Source: a virus (Duplodnaviria > Caudoviricetes). From it: 64,000 nt of DNA. The notes beneath the pieces were generated by a model that worked only from the letters and a program-made list of their open reading frames with translations, ran no database searches and was not told the origin of the DNA. Location of the stretch: positions 1,304 through 65,303 of IMG/VR virus record IMGVR_UViG_3300008107_000072. One strand, written 5' to 3'. The translations under genes were made by a program, and so were the position numbers. This document shows, one piece after another, positions 48,343 through 57,750 of the stretch. Every line of letters starts with the position of its first letter. Within the stretch, counting starts at the first letter, position 1.

Positions 48343-48542
48343 ACAGAACTTATCATTAGTGAGTATACAGGTATAATACTTGCTCTTATGTATTCAGATA
48401 GCGTTACATCTCTATCCTTACATATCTCAACAATCTTATTGTATTCGTCCATTGTAACCCTTACAGAAATAGTAGCTACCGATTTCTTTGTTGATGAGCC
48501 TAGTCGTTGCCTTGGGTCTTTCCGTTTCTTAATACCTTTCAT
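48339..48542 (-). CDS. Ribbon-helix-helix DNA-binding protein
   Basis: ISVRVT.DEY.KI...C......LSEYIR. Confidence 0.7.
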   Translation of the reverse strand: MKGIKKRKDPRQRLGSSTKKSVATISVRVTMDEYNKIVEICKDRDVTLSEYIRASIIPVYSLMISSV

Positions 48543-48552
48543 TTTAATTTAT

Positions 48553-48954
48553 TTAGTGGTTTATATATTGAGCCTCTGTCTTTAAGTATGACAATACAGA
48601 ACGTATACTCTCTATCTGATAATGAGACTCTTTAATCATCCCTTCCAATGACTTTGGGAAGATGGTTACAAGTCCTACTGCATCCCTAACAAGGGCATCG
48701 AACTTCTTTGCTGGCATAGCATCGTGGTCCACCTTGCGCATCTCGATAGCTACTGCCCTGTCTGTAAGAAAGTCTAATGATGCCTTAAGCCTACTTGCCC
48801 ATGCGTTGTATGAGTTAAGCACCTTAAGCCTGTCTATGAGAGATTGTGGATTATTGTAGTCTACTTCTTGTAGCATCATCTGGCGGTACTCCTCGTACTC
48901 TTTCATGCCTTCCTGTAATTTCTTGTTGTAAGTTTCGTTTTCGAATTTGTACAT
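48553..48954 (-). CDS. Hypothetical helical protein
   Basis: 133 aa ending IRSVLSYLK.E. Confidence 0.6.
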   Translation of the reverse strand: MYKFENETYNKKLQEGMKEYEEYRQMMLQEVDYNNPQSLIDRLKVLNSYNAWASRLKASLDFLTDRAVAIEMRKVDHDAMPAKKFDALVRDAVGLVTIFPKSLEGMIKESHYQIESIRSVLSYLKTEAQYINH

Positions 48955-48963
48955 ATATCTGTT

Positions 48964-49173
48964 TTACATTTTACCTGAATCAATTTTACCGCAGTCGTAT
49001 CCGTCTTTCTGACCAGTAACGTAAGCATCGCATAGATGGTTGTCAATAAAGAAAGCTATTTCTTTTGCAATTTCATCTAGCTTAACTACGTCTATGGCAA
49101 TGTACCTTGGACTACCAAATGTAATACTAATCTTTGAATGTTTGGCAATAATTTCCTTAATTTTTTCTTCCAT
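48964..49173 (-). CDS. Hypothetical protein
   Basis: 69 aa. Confidence 0.5.
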   Translation of the reverse strand: MEEKIKEIIAKHSKISITFGSPRYIAIDVVKLDEIAKEIAFFIDNHLCDAYVTGQKDGYDCGKIDSGKM

Positions 49174-49603
49174 TGTTTTTGATGTTTAAAAAGTGAAAAA
49201 TAGATGAGTGACATTTATAACCTAAGAATCTTTTAATAACAGACTTATTCATAGATGGATACTTATCGAACACGGTCAAGCAAAAATCTCTTCTTGCCTC
49301 TATGTATTCGCTACTCCTTCTTTCTCCTTTACTATAGAAAGATTTGGGGCTATTTGCTTTGAGCTGCTCCAGTGTAATGCGGTGTTTATTGCATATATTC
49401 TCCGCATGGGATTGTATATCTTCAGCTGTATATGCCTCAACTCTAACCTGCTTATTTATTACCACTTCCTTTACAATAGTTACTGGCTTAACAGACTGTT
49501 CAAACTTGGTAAGAAGAAGCATTATCCGTTTCTCATCATAACTCTTCCACTCGTACTCATTAAAGTAGTCTTTCAGCTCTTTTAGAAACTCCTTCTTAGT
49601 CAT
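49157..49603 (-). CDS. DnaA C-terminal (domain IV)-like HTH protein
   Basis: R...YIEARRDFC........IKRFLG..CHSSIFH. Confidence 0.55.
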   Translation of the reverse strand: MTKKEFLKELKDYFNEYEWKSYDEKRIMLLLTKFEQSVKPVTIVKEVVINKQVRVEAYTAEDIQSHAENICNKHRITLEQLKANSPKSFYSKGERRSSEYIEARRDFCLTVFDKYPSMNKSVIKRFLGYKCHSSIFHFLNIKNNGRKN

Positions 49604-49605
49604 AT

Positions 49606-51403
49606 TTAGTAATCGTATTTAGGCAGAAAGTCTCTGTTAAATGGCAGGCATCCAGCCTCATCCACAAATTCAACAGCACCCTGCATTTTAAGTAATATAG
49701 GTTCTCCTTTTGGCGTAGGTTGACCGCCAGTATCCTTGTTCCTTACCTTGTCTACGCTAACCTCAGTAAACATCCATCTTGTATTGTCCTTAATTTTACG
49801 GTGGAAAACAACGAAGTTGTGTACTTTGTTATACAGCGCAACACCACCCTCTACCATTGTAGCATGAGGCATCTTCTGGTTGCCATCATTATCAAGCATA
49901 CGCTGTGATTCGGTATTAGTGTGAGCACTTAGAAACAAAGTAACTTTCGTCCTGCTTGTGAAAGCTAGCATATCGCTGTATGCCTCGTAGTCGTACTGAT
50001 ACTTAGTCTTTGCCATAGTTACATTGGCTTTCAGAGAGTTATACGGGTCTATAAACACCCCTTTCAAAGACTTCCTATGAAGTAACGCTTCAGCAAAACC
50101 TAGTAACTCCTTGTATTCGTACGTTTTATCATTCGTTACGATATAGAAATGGTCATTAATGAATGAGATAGCATACTTCAGCCAATGCTCAGGAACCTCT
50201 TTAATTTTTCTGCCTGTAAGGTATTCAATTAGCTTCATCTTGACAGAAGATGGGTTGTTCTCGCCAGTATAAATCATCCAGTTCCATCCATGATTGACAG
50301 CAGATACAAGCAGGAACCATAGGATAGTAGTCGTTTTACCTACGTTTGAGTGAGCCACAAAAGCGTAGAACTCAGCCTCCTTAAGCACGAAGTACTTATC
50401 AAGTTCATCATACCCAAATCCCTTACCGCTTTCTATTAGACCCTGACGGAACTGCCTGATATACAGCTCGTCAGCACCTACATCGCTAAGGAAGTTTAGT
50501 TCATCCTCCGAGTACTGTATATACTCTAGCGCTTCATTGTAGTAATTTTCGGTTTCATGGATAGGTGCAAGCATACCATAGGTGATACCATCCCTTATAG
50601 TCTGCTTTGCCGATTCAGAATCGTCAATGTTTCTCTTTACAATTTCGTGAAAAAGTAAAGCTTCAGCTATATCTTTCTCGACTTTTCCGGCTGATACGTA
50701 TCCACCCATAAGTACAGATGCCTTAAGTAGTATGTTATGCTTCTCTCCATCAGGAGCAAGCCTAATCATCCTGGCTGCTATATCTAGCTTCTTGTAGTCC
50801 GTAGTCGCTGAGCCACTGATTGATATGCCATCAGGCCTTACCTGTTCAGCGTCATCCTCTACATCATAGTACGTGCTGCTGTACGGATTTATGTACATAT
50901 CAGGGTCGTATGAAGCGTAAAGAACCCTTGACTCATTACGAGCTGTAGTATCAAGTATCTTGTACCTTTTGATAATAGCGTTGTAGTGTCTACGATGATT
51001 CCTACCGTCACCTATCTTAATCAAACCGTGACAACCTGTCCCACTTATAGATTTCCACAATGCGTAGATAAACTGGTCTTTCTTTAGCTCTTCTATTACC
51101 TCGTCTATGTTGTCAATATCGTCAATGTCTATGGGTACATAGCCGCTGTGCTTAGTCAGACACTCATCCTTTCTGCAAGTATCTGCTCCTTTGTCGTTCT
51201 TTACCTTTAAAGTAAACTCTCCTGCATACAGGATACAAGGCAACTCTGATTTTAGTTGAGGTATAAGCGATTCATCTGTGCAATTTCTGCTCAACCTTAT
51301 CCTTCCACCTGCCATCCTTGATATATGACAGCACACTGCCTAGCGGCTGCAATATAGGATTGCAAGTGTCTGTTATGTTTTTGAATAATGTGACATTTGG
51401 CAT
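49606..51403 (-). CDS. Primase-helicase (VirE-N/BT4734-like primase plus DnaB-like SF4 helicase), split by a +1 frameshift near 51289
   Basis: HSGYVPIDID, SISGTG..G, AHSNVGKTT Walker A, FIDPYN. The native-looking N-terminus MPNVTLFKNITDT (ATG 51403) is in a different frame and stops at 51272. Confidence 0.8.
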
Positions 51404-51498
51404 ATTGATGAGAGTGAAAATTTTGGAAAAATTCATGCAGATAGAACAGCCCCCCGGAATGCGAGGGGCTTGCTCTAATCATACGTACACACAAACTA

Positions 51499-51774
51499 CT
51501 AAAACGGGAGGTCGTCACTTGACGACTGCTGCACAGGCTGTGGCTTTGAATAGGTCTTTTGAGGCGTGGGCTTATCGCCGCTAGGGACCCAGTTATCAAA
51601 TACAGCGTACATCTTATCTCCCGATTTAGTTTCCTTGAGTTCGATGTTCACCCATCCATCTTTATTTTTCTTGGATTTAAGGTCATTAATAAAGTCGTCT
51701 GCCTTAATAGAAATTTTAGTTCCGAACTTACCTTTCTTTACATAAAGGTTGTTTGCATAATCTACTTTGTTCAT
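51499..51774 (-). CDS. Small SSB-like protein
   Basis: Acidic C-terminal DDLPF tail; GWVNIEL motif; next to the primase-helicase. Confidence 0.6.
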   Translation of the reverse strand: MNKVDYANNLYVKKGKFGTKISIKADDFINDLKSKKNKDGWVNIELKETKSGDKMYAVFDNWVPSGDKPTPQKTYSKPQPVQQSSSDDLPF

Positions 51775-51780
51775 TTTGAT

Positions 51781-52218
51781 TTATTTTAATGTTTGATAAT
51801 ACTCAATTAGTTCCGCATAGATGTCTACGGATTTTTTGTCAGGATACTTTCTGTATAGGTAGTTGTGTATCTTACGGATGGCGTGCAGTATGGATGTCCT
51901 GTTCTTCTGACCATTTAACAGCTTAACAATACTCTCGATGTTAATCATTGAAATAGCTGTCATCATATACCAGCACCAGTGTCTTGTCTCTACGTTTTTA
52001 CCATCCCTGATGTCGTTGTCAAGTGTCTCGTACCCTACGTTGAATACAGCGCAGCAAGCGTCTCTCCACTTGTTATACTCTTGTACTACGTAGTCGTCGT
52101 TTCTTGGCTTACGATATAGGATAAATCCTTTTGATGTTAACTGAGATGTCCACTTGGTGTTGGTCTTTGTATTTAATTCATTTAGAACCTGACCTATCAT
52201 TACCCCTATTGGTGTCAT
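51781..52218 (-). CDS. DnaA domain IV-like HTH protein
   Basis: VETRH.CWY......NRTSILHAIRKI. Start moved to ATG 52218 (ATGA overlap). Confidence 0.55.
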   Translation of the reverse strand: MTPIGVMIGQVLNELNTKTNTKWTSQLTSKGFILYRKPRNDDYVVQEYNKWRDACCAVFNVGYETLDNDIRDGKNVETRHWCWYMMTAISMINIESIVKLLNGQKNRTSILHAIRKIHNYLYRKYPDKKSVDIYAELIEYYQTLK

Positions 52219-52604
52219 ACGTTTGATTTTACCTGTTTCAATATACCGTCTTCGAAATAGAGCTCTAAGGTACAAAGTTTATCTTTAATTGTAGCATAAA
52301 CTTTTTCTGGCAGCGGTTCAATAACTACCTGATGTTCAGTATTGATAACTAAAGAAGTCCCTCCTACTGACATATTCATTACAGTCATACGCATATTCTT
52401 ATATATTAAGTTGCCTCTACTATTAATGTAATAGAAGTTAGCGTCACTACCTAGCTCATCTGTGTAGAAGTTGCATACAGGAACGCCGTCATGTTTTACA
52501 TCTTCAGTAGCAATAATCTTGAGTATGTTAGGCGGTATCCATAGCGTAGGTATCATTACCAAGTCGTCAATTTCTACTTCATAAACTCCTTCTGAATCTT
52601 GCAT
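52215..52604 (-). CDS. Hypothetical protein
   Basis: 129 aa. Confidence 0.55.
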   Translation of the reverse strand: MQDSEGVYEVEIDDLVMIPTLWIPPNILKIIATEDVKHDGVPVCNFYTDELGSDANFYYINSRGNLIYKNMRMTVMNMSVGGTSLVINTEHQVVIEPLPEKVYATIKDKLCTLELYFEDGILKQVKSNV

Positions 52605-52737
52605 ATTTCTGTTTTAAATGTTTGTATATTCTATAACCAAAATCTATTAGGGCTGCTGACACGAATAGGAAAGAATAGGTACACACCCACACTATACACA
52701 TTTTATTGTAAAGCGTCATTAGTATTTTACTCATCAT
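52579..52737 (-). CDS. Small membrane protein
   Basis: One hydrophobic segment; fills the gap between genes. Confidence 0.35.
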   Translation of the reverse strand: MMSKILMTLYNKMCIVWVCTYSFLFVSAALIDFGYRIYKHLKQKYARFRRSL

Positions 52738-53515
52738 CCGACATTCCTTTTTTAGCCCATCCTGGAAGGTCAAGCGTCATCGGGTCAGAGCCTCCGTAAA
52801 ACTCATATCCTGAATCGAACAACCCCATATCCAAGCAATAAGAGAAGTCTGCCATTGCTTTCTGAAACAGCTTTCTACCTTCATCTATGTATGTATCTGA
52901 TGGGATGAATACTCTGCTAAGGTAGGGGAAGGATGTTTCTATTACCACGTACATTACCTTCTTGCCATTCACCCAGTTGTAAATAGCTGCTTGCAGGTGA
53001 TACCTTAGATTATAGAAGTCTCTTTGTATGTCGCTGTAATCGGCAGAAGATACTGTCTTTAGCTCCACATTGTAGTCATTACCGATAGCGTCAATGTATC
53101 CGCATATAGGTAGCGACTCGTAGTTCTTATCGAACCTTTCCTCCCTTATGTCCGTACCAGTGATGTACTTATAGTTAGGGCTGTGCATGAACTGAGTAAC
53201 CATTTCCTTTGCCTTTATGAATACGTTAGGCGGTACAGATTGCAGCTTCTTCTCAGTCATGGTGTCTAAGAACTTTTGATAGTCTTCCTTGCCTTGATTG
53301 GTGCGCTTGTTGAACTCAGGCTCTACTGCAAAGTTATCATTGAACTTCTCAGGCTGAAGGATTAGGTTGTGAACTACAGAGCCAAGTAGCATAGCATCTG
53401 TTTGCTTTCTTTCCTGTGTCAGGTACTGAATGTAGTGCTGCGGTGAGCGAATGAACTGCTTGATTGAGCTGAAGGACAGCGGACGTTCAAGCAACGTCTC
53501 TCGTGTGATGTTCAT
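52727..53515 (-). CDS. RecE/ExoVIII-like PD-(D/E)XK exonuclease (DUF3799-like)
   Basis: LSFSSIK, AMLLGSVVH..IL.P, GYID......ELKT, YHLQAAIY. Confidence 0.8.
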   Translation of the reverse strand: MNITRETLLERPLSFSSIKQFIRSPQHYIQYLTQERKQTDAMLLGSVVHNLILQPEKFNDNFAVEPEFNKRTNQGKEDYQKFLDTMTEKKLQSVPPNVFIKAKEMVTQFMHSPNYKYITGTDIREERFDKNYESLPICGYIDAIGNDYNVELKTVSSADYSDIQRDFYNLRYHLQAAIYNWVNGKKVMYVVIETSFPYLSRVFIPSDTYIDEGRKLFQKAMADFSYCLDMGLFDSGYEFYGGSDPMTLDLPGWAKKGMSDDE

Positions 53516-53607
53516 CTGATTTGGTTTTGTTAATAGTTAATCGTTTCTTTTCCAATTCTTTGGATTCATTAAGTAAAGTATAAATCCAATTACATGGCAT
53601 AATCCTT

Positions 53608-53901
53608 TCATGATATTTTTATTTCAGTGCAAAATGATTCAACCTCAAACGATAGCCTAACCCACTCCTCACCATCAGAGTATTCCGTTAAGTATTGAGC
53701 CACAAATCCTCCTGTATCTATTCTAGTCTTCTTCTCTATTGCTTCGGTAATAATCTCCCTGGCTCTGCTCCTGATGGTATAGTTATCAGGGATACCTATG
53801 TCTGCCCACTCCCAGTCTAGCTTATCCATAACCATTCTGACCTTGTCAAAGTCAAATGCGTCCATTATGTCAGCAATAGCCTCGTGCTGTGCGGATGTCA
53901 T
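53608..53901 (-). CDS. Hypothetical protein
   Basis: IMD.FDF.KV...M..L.W.W...TGGF motif. Start moved to ATG 53901. Confidence 0.6.
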   Translation of the reverse strand: MTSAQHEAIADIMDAFDFDKVRMVMDKLDWEWADIGIPDNYTIRSRAREIITEAIEKKTRIDTGGFVAQYLTEYSDGEEWVRLSFEVESFCTEIKIS

Positions 53902-53911
53902 AGCTAATGTT

Positions 53912-54115
53912 TTAGATTGTTGGTATTGATTTAAAATAAAGGTCAACATCAAAGTATTCGTCTGAGTTTTTCTGCATAGCCATCGTCTTTAATTGTTTTG
54001 CGTAGTGCTGAACAACAGACCTTGTAACCCCAAGCTCTCTTGCTATTTCATATTGCTTTTTATTTAGGTTTAGGCATTCGATTATTTTAATTCTCTGTTC
54101 CGATGTTACTGCCAT
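53912..54115 (-). CDS. HTH DNA-binding protein
   Basis: QYEIARELGVTRSVVQHY. Confidence 0.7.
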   Translation of the reverse strand: MAVTSEQRIKIIECLNLNKKQYEIARELGVTRSVVQHYAKQLKTMAMQKNSDEYFDVDLYFKSIPTI

Positions 54116-54125
54116 ATACTTATTT

Positions 54126-54515
54126 TTATATGTTTTCAATAATGATATTAAACACCTTATGCGACTCTATCTCTGCCCATGTTATGATGGACTCTTCTAG
54201 GCTCATATTGTAGTAATGACTATCAAGAGAATGGTGCATTAGCTCATGAAATACACAACCGAAAGTCTCGTAGTTTTTGCCACATCGTTGCAGATTAATA
54301 AACACAAAGCGATTATCTCCTGTGTTATATTCTCCGTTTTGCTTTGGAATATAATTTGACAACCCCCAAATGTATCCGTCTTGGCTTGTGTTATTATATT
54401 CCTTACAAGCACTCAATGACAAGCCGTGCATTTCTTCTACTCCGTAGTGTATAAATATGTCGCATGGACATTTACCTAGCAGAAGAACATATCCATCTCT
54501 TTGAACCTCAACCAT
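54126..54515 (-). CDS. Zincin-motif protein
   Basis: VFHELMH...E. Confidence 0.6.
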   Translation of the reverse strand: MVEVQRDGYVLLLGKCPCDIFIHYGVEEMHGLSLSACKEYNNTSQDGYIWGLSNYIPKQNGEYNTGDNRFVFINLQRCGKNYETFGCVFHELMHHSLDSHYYNMSLEESIITWAEIESHKVFNIIIENI

Positions 54516-54519
54516 AGTA

Positions 54520-55158
54520 TTACTTTTGGAATTGCTTAGAAAACGCTTGCCTGAATGAGGCGTGAGTCTTGACAGAATCAGGCAATGTCTTTGCCCACTC
54601 TACCGCCTTTGTCTTGTCTTTTACCTTAGACAGTTCCTGCAATGCCGCTTGTAATGGATGAACGCCGTTCACCACTCCCTGCATATTGTTAATGTATTCT
54701 GTTACGTCCCATATCTTGTTGCCTTTGTCGTCTGCCGGGTATGGGTACTGCTTTCCGTTAAACTCCTTTGAGCCAGCGTTCAGGTCTACCATGTCTAGGT
54801 CATACAGGAACCTGCCAACTCCGAAGTTAACAGCTGCACGCTTGAAGGCGTCTGAGGCTGCTGACTTTTCAGCTTCGAAGTTGCCTTCTGAGCCTACATC
54901 TTGGCGTTCAAGCACAGAGCCATCAGGCATGACTACACCGATAGAGCAGTAGATGCTACCTTTCACGTCGTGGTAGGTCTTAGTCCATCCGAAAGTACAG
55001 TACTTGTCAAGGGCATCCATCGCCTGTCGTGCGTCAATGTAGGCTACGCAGGTACACTTTGTGTTGCCCTTGTTGAACGATTGTACACGCCATTGATAAG
55101 GCATTGGATTAGAAAGGTTTACGATTAGTTCGCTAAGGAACTTTGCATTGTCTGTCAT
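54520..55158 (-). CDS. Rad52/Sak-like single-strand annealing protein
   Basis: YIDAR..MD.LD, EKSAASDAFKRAAV.FGVGRFLY. Confidence 0.85.
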   Translation of the reverse strand: MTDNAKFLSELIVNLSNPMPYQWRVQSFNKGNTKCTCVAYIDARQAMDALDKYCTFGWTKTYHDVKGSIYCSIGVVMPDGSVLERQDVGSEGNFEAEKSAASDAFKRAAVNFGVGRFLYDLDMVDLNAGSKEFNGKQYPYPADDKGNKIWDVTEYINNMQGVVNGVHPLQAALQELSKVKDKTKAVEWAKTLPDSVKTHASFRQAFSKQFQK

Positions 55159-55183
55159 ATATTATGGTTTATTGGTTTAGAGA

Positions 55184-55245
55184 TAGCCCACCTTGTCCTT
55201 CTTGACCGAAAATAACTTATGTATATTTCGATTCAAAGTGGGCTA
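55184..55245 (-). other. Long intergenic stem-loop upstream of the Sak-like gene
   Basis: TAGCCCAC...GTGGGCTA perfect 8-bp clamp with an inner CGAAA/TTTCG stem. Confidence 0.55.
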
Positions 55246-55250
55246 AGAGT

Positions 55251-55337
55251 TTAAAATATACCTCTTTTAAATAGCTTTATCAGATATATTATTGTAAGTA
55301 TGTATGTTAGTAATAGTACTAGTGAAACTACAATCAT
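55251..55337 (-). CDS. 28-aa hydrophobic peptide (not in the ORF track)
   Basis: MIVVSLVLLLTYILTIIYLIKLFKRGIF*; leader AAACTCTAAA and an upstream promoter candidate. Confidence 0.5.
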   Translation of the reverse strand: MIVVSLVLLLTYILTIIYLIKLFKRGIF

Positions 55338-55363
55338 GGTTATACGTTTAGAGTTTAGATAAT

Positions 55364-55395
55364 GCAATATAATACATATTTACAGTACTTCCAAA
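55364..55395 (-). promoter_or_regulatory. Candidate sigma-A promoter
   Basis: Minus strand TTTG-N20-TATATTGC, similar geometry to the promoter at 63591-63623. Confidence 0.45.
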
Positions 55396-55402
55396 TTTAT
55401 TT

Positions 55403-55762
55403 TTAAAATGGCATCTTTGTCTTTGGTGGGTGGTAGGATGTGTTCAGCGTGTCTATGAACTCTCCGTCAGACAAGTGGTTGTATTTGAATAATATCTGCT
55501 CCCATGTTTCATTTCTGTTTGTATTTACTAGAACAGCTTGCACTTCACCTTCACCCCATGAGGAATCCTTGTACTCTTCTGGGTTAGAGAACTCGTTAAT
55601 CAGTTCAAAATCAAACAGTTTGTCTTTGACGTATTGTTCTACGTACTCTTTTGACAGACCTTTTATATAGTCGTCATGTCTCTTGCATAGAGGAACGCTT
55701 AGTTGGTCTCGGATGGCTTCGATGTGCCATACATTGTGGATAAGTTCTAATTTGCCTTGCAT
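55403..55762 (-). CDS. Hypothetical protein
   Basis: 119 aa with a conserved-type leader. Confidence 0.6.
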   Translation of the reverse strand: MQGKLELIHNVWHIEAIRDQLSVPLCKRHDDYIKGLSKEYVEQYVKDKLFDFELINEFSNPEEYKDSSWGEGEVQAVLVNTNRNETWEQILFKYNHLSDGEFIDTLNTSYHPPKTKMPF

Positions 55763-55821
55763 AGTTAAAGTTTTTTAAGTGATTGTATTTAATTTGTAAA
55801 TTCTTAATTTGTAAACATACA

Positions 55822-56118
55822 TTAATCTACTATACCGCCCCCATAATATAAGTTAAATGACTTTGATTTATAATCATCACTTTTTAACCATTCATTATAC
55901 TTGTCTTGCCAATCTTTTGTTTCGAATTTGTAATAAGAGCCATTGCAGTATCTAAGACTATTATTTAACTTATAAAATTTCTCAAATATATCTATCTCTG
56001 TAATACCATCTATTTCTATATTTCTGATTAATTTGGTAGAGGAACTTACATAATATCCACCTGATGGATATTCTTTTGTTTCTCTTACATTGTCATAATA
56101 GTTTAAATTTGCTTTCAT
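55822..56118 (-). CDS. Hypothetical protein
   Basis: 98 aa, AT-rich. Confidence 0.6.
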   Translation of the reverse strand: MKANLNYYDNVRETKEYPSGGYYVSSSTKLIRNIEIDGITEIDIFEKFYKLNNSLRYCNGSYYKFETKDWQDKYNEWLKSDDYKSKSFNLYYGGGIVD

Positions 56119-56148
56119 TTTGTTTTTCTTTTAGTGATTAAAAAAAAT

Positions 56149-56156
56149 TATATTTG
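56149..56156 (+). promoter_or_regulatory. TAnnTTTG promoter of the lone + strand gene
   Basis: TATATTTG-CTT-ATG(56160). Confidence 0.6.
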
Positions 56157-56159
56157 CTT

Positions 56160-56423
56160 ATGGCTAAGTCTCGCACACAACAGTACTACGATAAGAACCC
56201 AGACGCAAAGAAGCGTAAAGCTGCTTACGATGCGCTGTATAATAAAGACCCCAAACAGCGTAAATATAGGTCGGAATTGAATAAAGCCAACAGGGAAGCC
56301 GGAACCTATGGCAATGGGGATAAAAAAGATATGAGCCATACCAAGACTGGTAAGCTCGTTAAGGAACACCAATCTAAGAACCGTGGTCGTAACGGAGCAG
56401 ATGGGAAGTCCACAAAAAAGTGA
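56160..56423 (+). CDS. Small basic protein with a degenerate HNH-like motif, opposite to the surrounding operon
   Basis: MAKSRTQQYY...GNGDKKDMSH.K.G...EHQSKNRGRN. Confidence 0.65.
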   Translation: MAKSRTQQYYDKNPDAKKRKAAYDALYNKDPKQRKYRSELNKANREAGTYGNGDKKDMSHTKTGKLVKEHQSKNRGRNGADGKSTKK

Positions 56424-56435
56424 TAGTGAACGACA

Positions 56436-57725
56436 TTAAAATACCGGGCTGTTGTATTTACCGAAACATAGGTTACACATACCTTCGTGTGCCTCTACAT
56501 CTTTCTCTGTTGCATATCCACCACAAGACCAACAGCATTTATTATCGTCAGGAAATATAGCTATCTTCTGTTCAAGGCAGTAGTCTGCAAACTCCAAACA
56601 CTCATCGAGGGAATCCTCGGGGAGATACTGCTCGTGATACGCTACATCTATCTTACCCATCTCCTCATACTGTGTTAGGTTGCCAGTAGTCTTAGAGTAG
56701 ATACCGTTTCCGCAGTACCTATATCCTGACATTATCAGTACGGCATGGTAGTATATGTCTTCAAGCAGCATTTCCTTTAGGTCTTCATTACACGGCATAT
56801 CTGAATACCAATCTAAGTAGTACTTGTCATTAATGCTACTACCTACTACATCATCTTTGACAGCAGATGGCTTGTTGTCATATCCGCCATACCAACCGTC
56901 GTATGTATCGTAGTAGCCGTAAGGCTTTTTTCCGTATGTGTTTTTAGTAGCGTACATATCAGGCTCAGGTTTGTGCGGATACTTTTTGATAAGGCTTCCG
57001 ATGATACCATATACCATATCCTTGGTATTGTTTACATCATCCACATCTATTATCTCGTCTGTTGAGTGAGGGTTATGGTATCCGCAGCTCATGTTTGCAC
57101 AGCTTATGCCTACCTGTCTTTGTGTTAGCTTACCTACGTCTGTGATACCACCTGGATGGAACTTGTACCCATAGTTAGTAATGATTCCTAGTATGTCATA
57201 TTGAAACTCTTTTGAGGATATGTCAGTACCGGATATGGAGGTTACGAAGTCAGCGTTACCCTTCCTGTCACATTGTAGGATATACATACAATCATCGAAG
57301 AAGGATATGTCAGCAAGTCCACTGCCTACGCACCCTATCTCCTCGTCTCGGAAGAAGCAGGCTTTGATACTAGGGAAGTCTCTCACCGCAGCTAGTGCGA
57401 TATAGATACCTACCTTATCATCACCACCGATACCTGTGAAGTTACGCTTAGACAGGTCGTAGGCATACACGATACCATTCTTCTCGTCATAACCTACTGA
57501 GTAGTAGTCGTCAGGTATGATAGGGTGGACAGTATCTGTATGGGATACGATGCAAGGATAACCTGCGTTTGTCGGCATACCTTTAGTGACATATACATTA
57601 CCATCTACAACGGATACATCTGCTCCGAAGTGGTGTGCGTATTGTACTATGAGGGATGTCATACGTTCGACACTGCCGGAGTATGACTGGGTTTCGAGAA
57701 TGTCTCGGAATAATTGTTCTACCAT
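56436..57725 (-). CDS. Zn metallopeptidase (M28/M20/M42 clan)
   Basis: SHTDTVH, GGDDKVG, DEEIGC, QCDR, GYHNPH ligand motifs. Confidence 0.85.
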   Translation of the reverse strand: MVEQLFRDILETQSYSGSVERMTSLIVQYAHHFGADVSVVDGNVYVTKGMPTNAGYPCIVSHTDTVHPIIPDDYYSVGYDEKNGIVYAYDLSKRNFTGIGGDDKVGIYIALAAVRDFPSIKACFFRDEEIGCVGSGLADISFFDDCMYILQCDRKGNADFVTSISGTDISSKEFQYDILGIITNYGYKFHPGGITDVGKLTQRQVGISCANMSCGYHNPHSTDEIIDVDDVNNTKDMVYGIIGSLIKKYPHKPEPDMYATKNTYGKKPYGYYDTYDGWYGGYDNKPSAVKDDVVGSSINDKYYLDWYSDMPCNEDLKEMLLEDIYYHAVLIMSGYRYCGNGIYSKTTGNLTQYEEMGKIDVAYHEQYLPEDSLDECLEFADYCLEQKIAIFPDDNKCCWSCGGYATEKDVEAHEGMCNLCFGKYNSPVF

Positions 57726-57750
57726 TGTATTGTATTTTAATTGTTATTGA

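Noticed and set aside
51297-51599. 100-aa minus-strand ORF and overlapping + strand ORFs near the primase start
   Set aside because: Alternate-frame shadows across the SSB-like gene, a hairpin and the true primase N-terminus.
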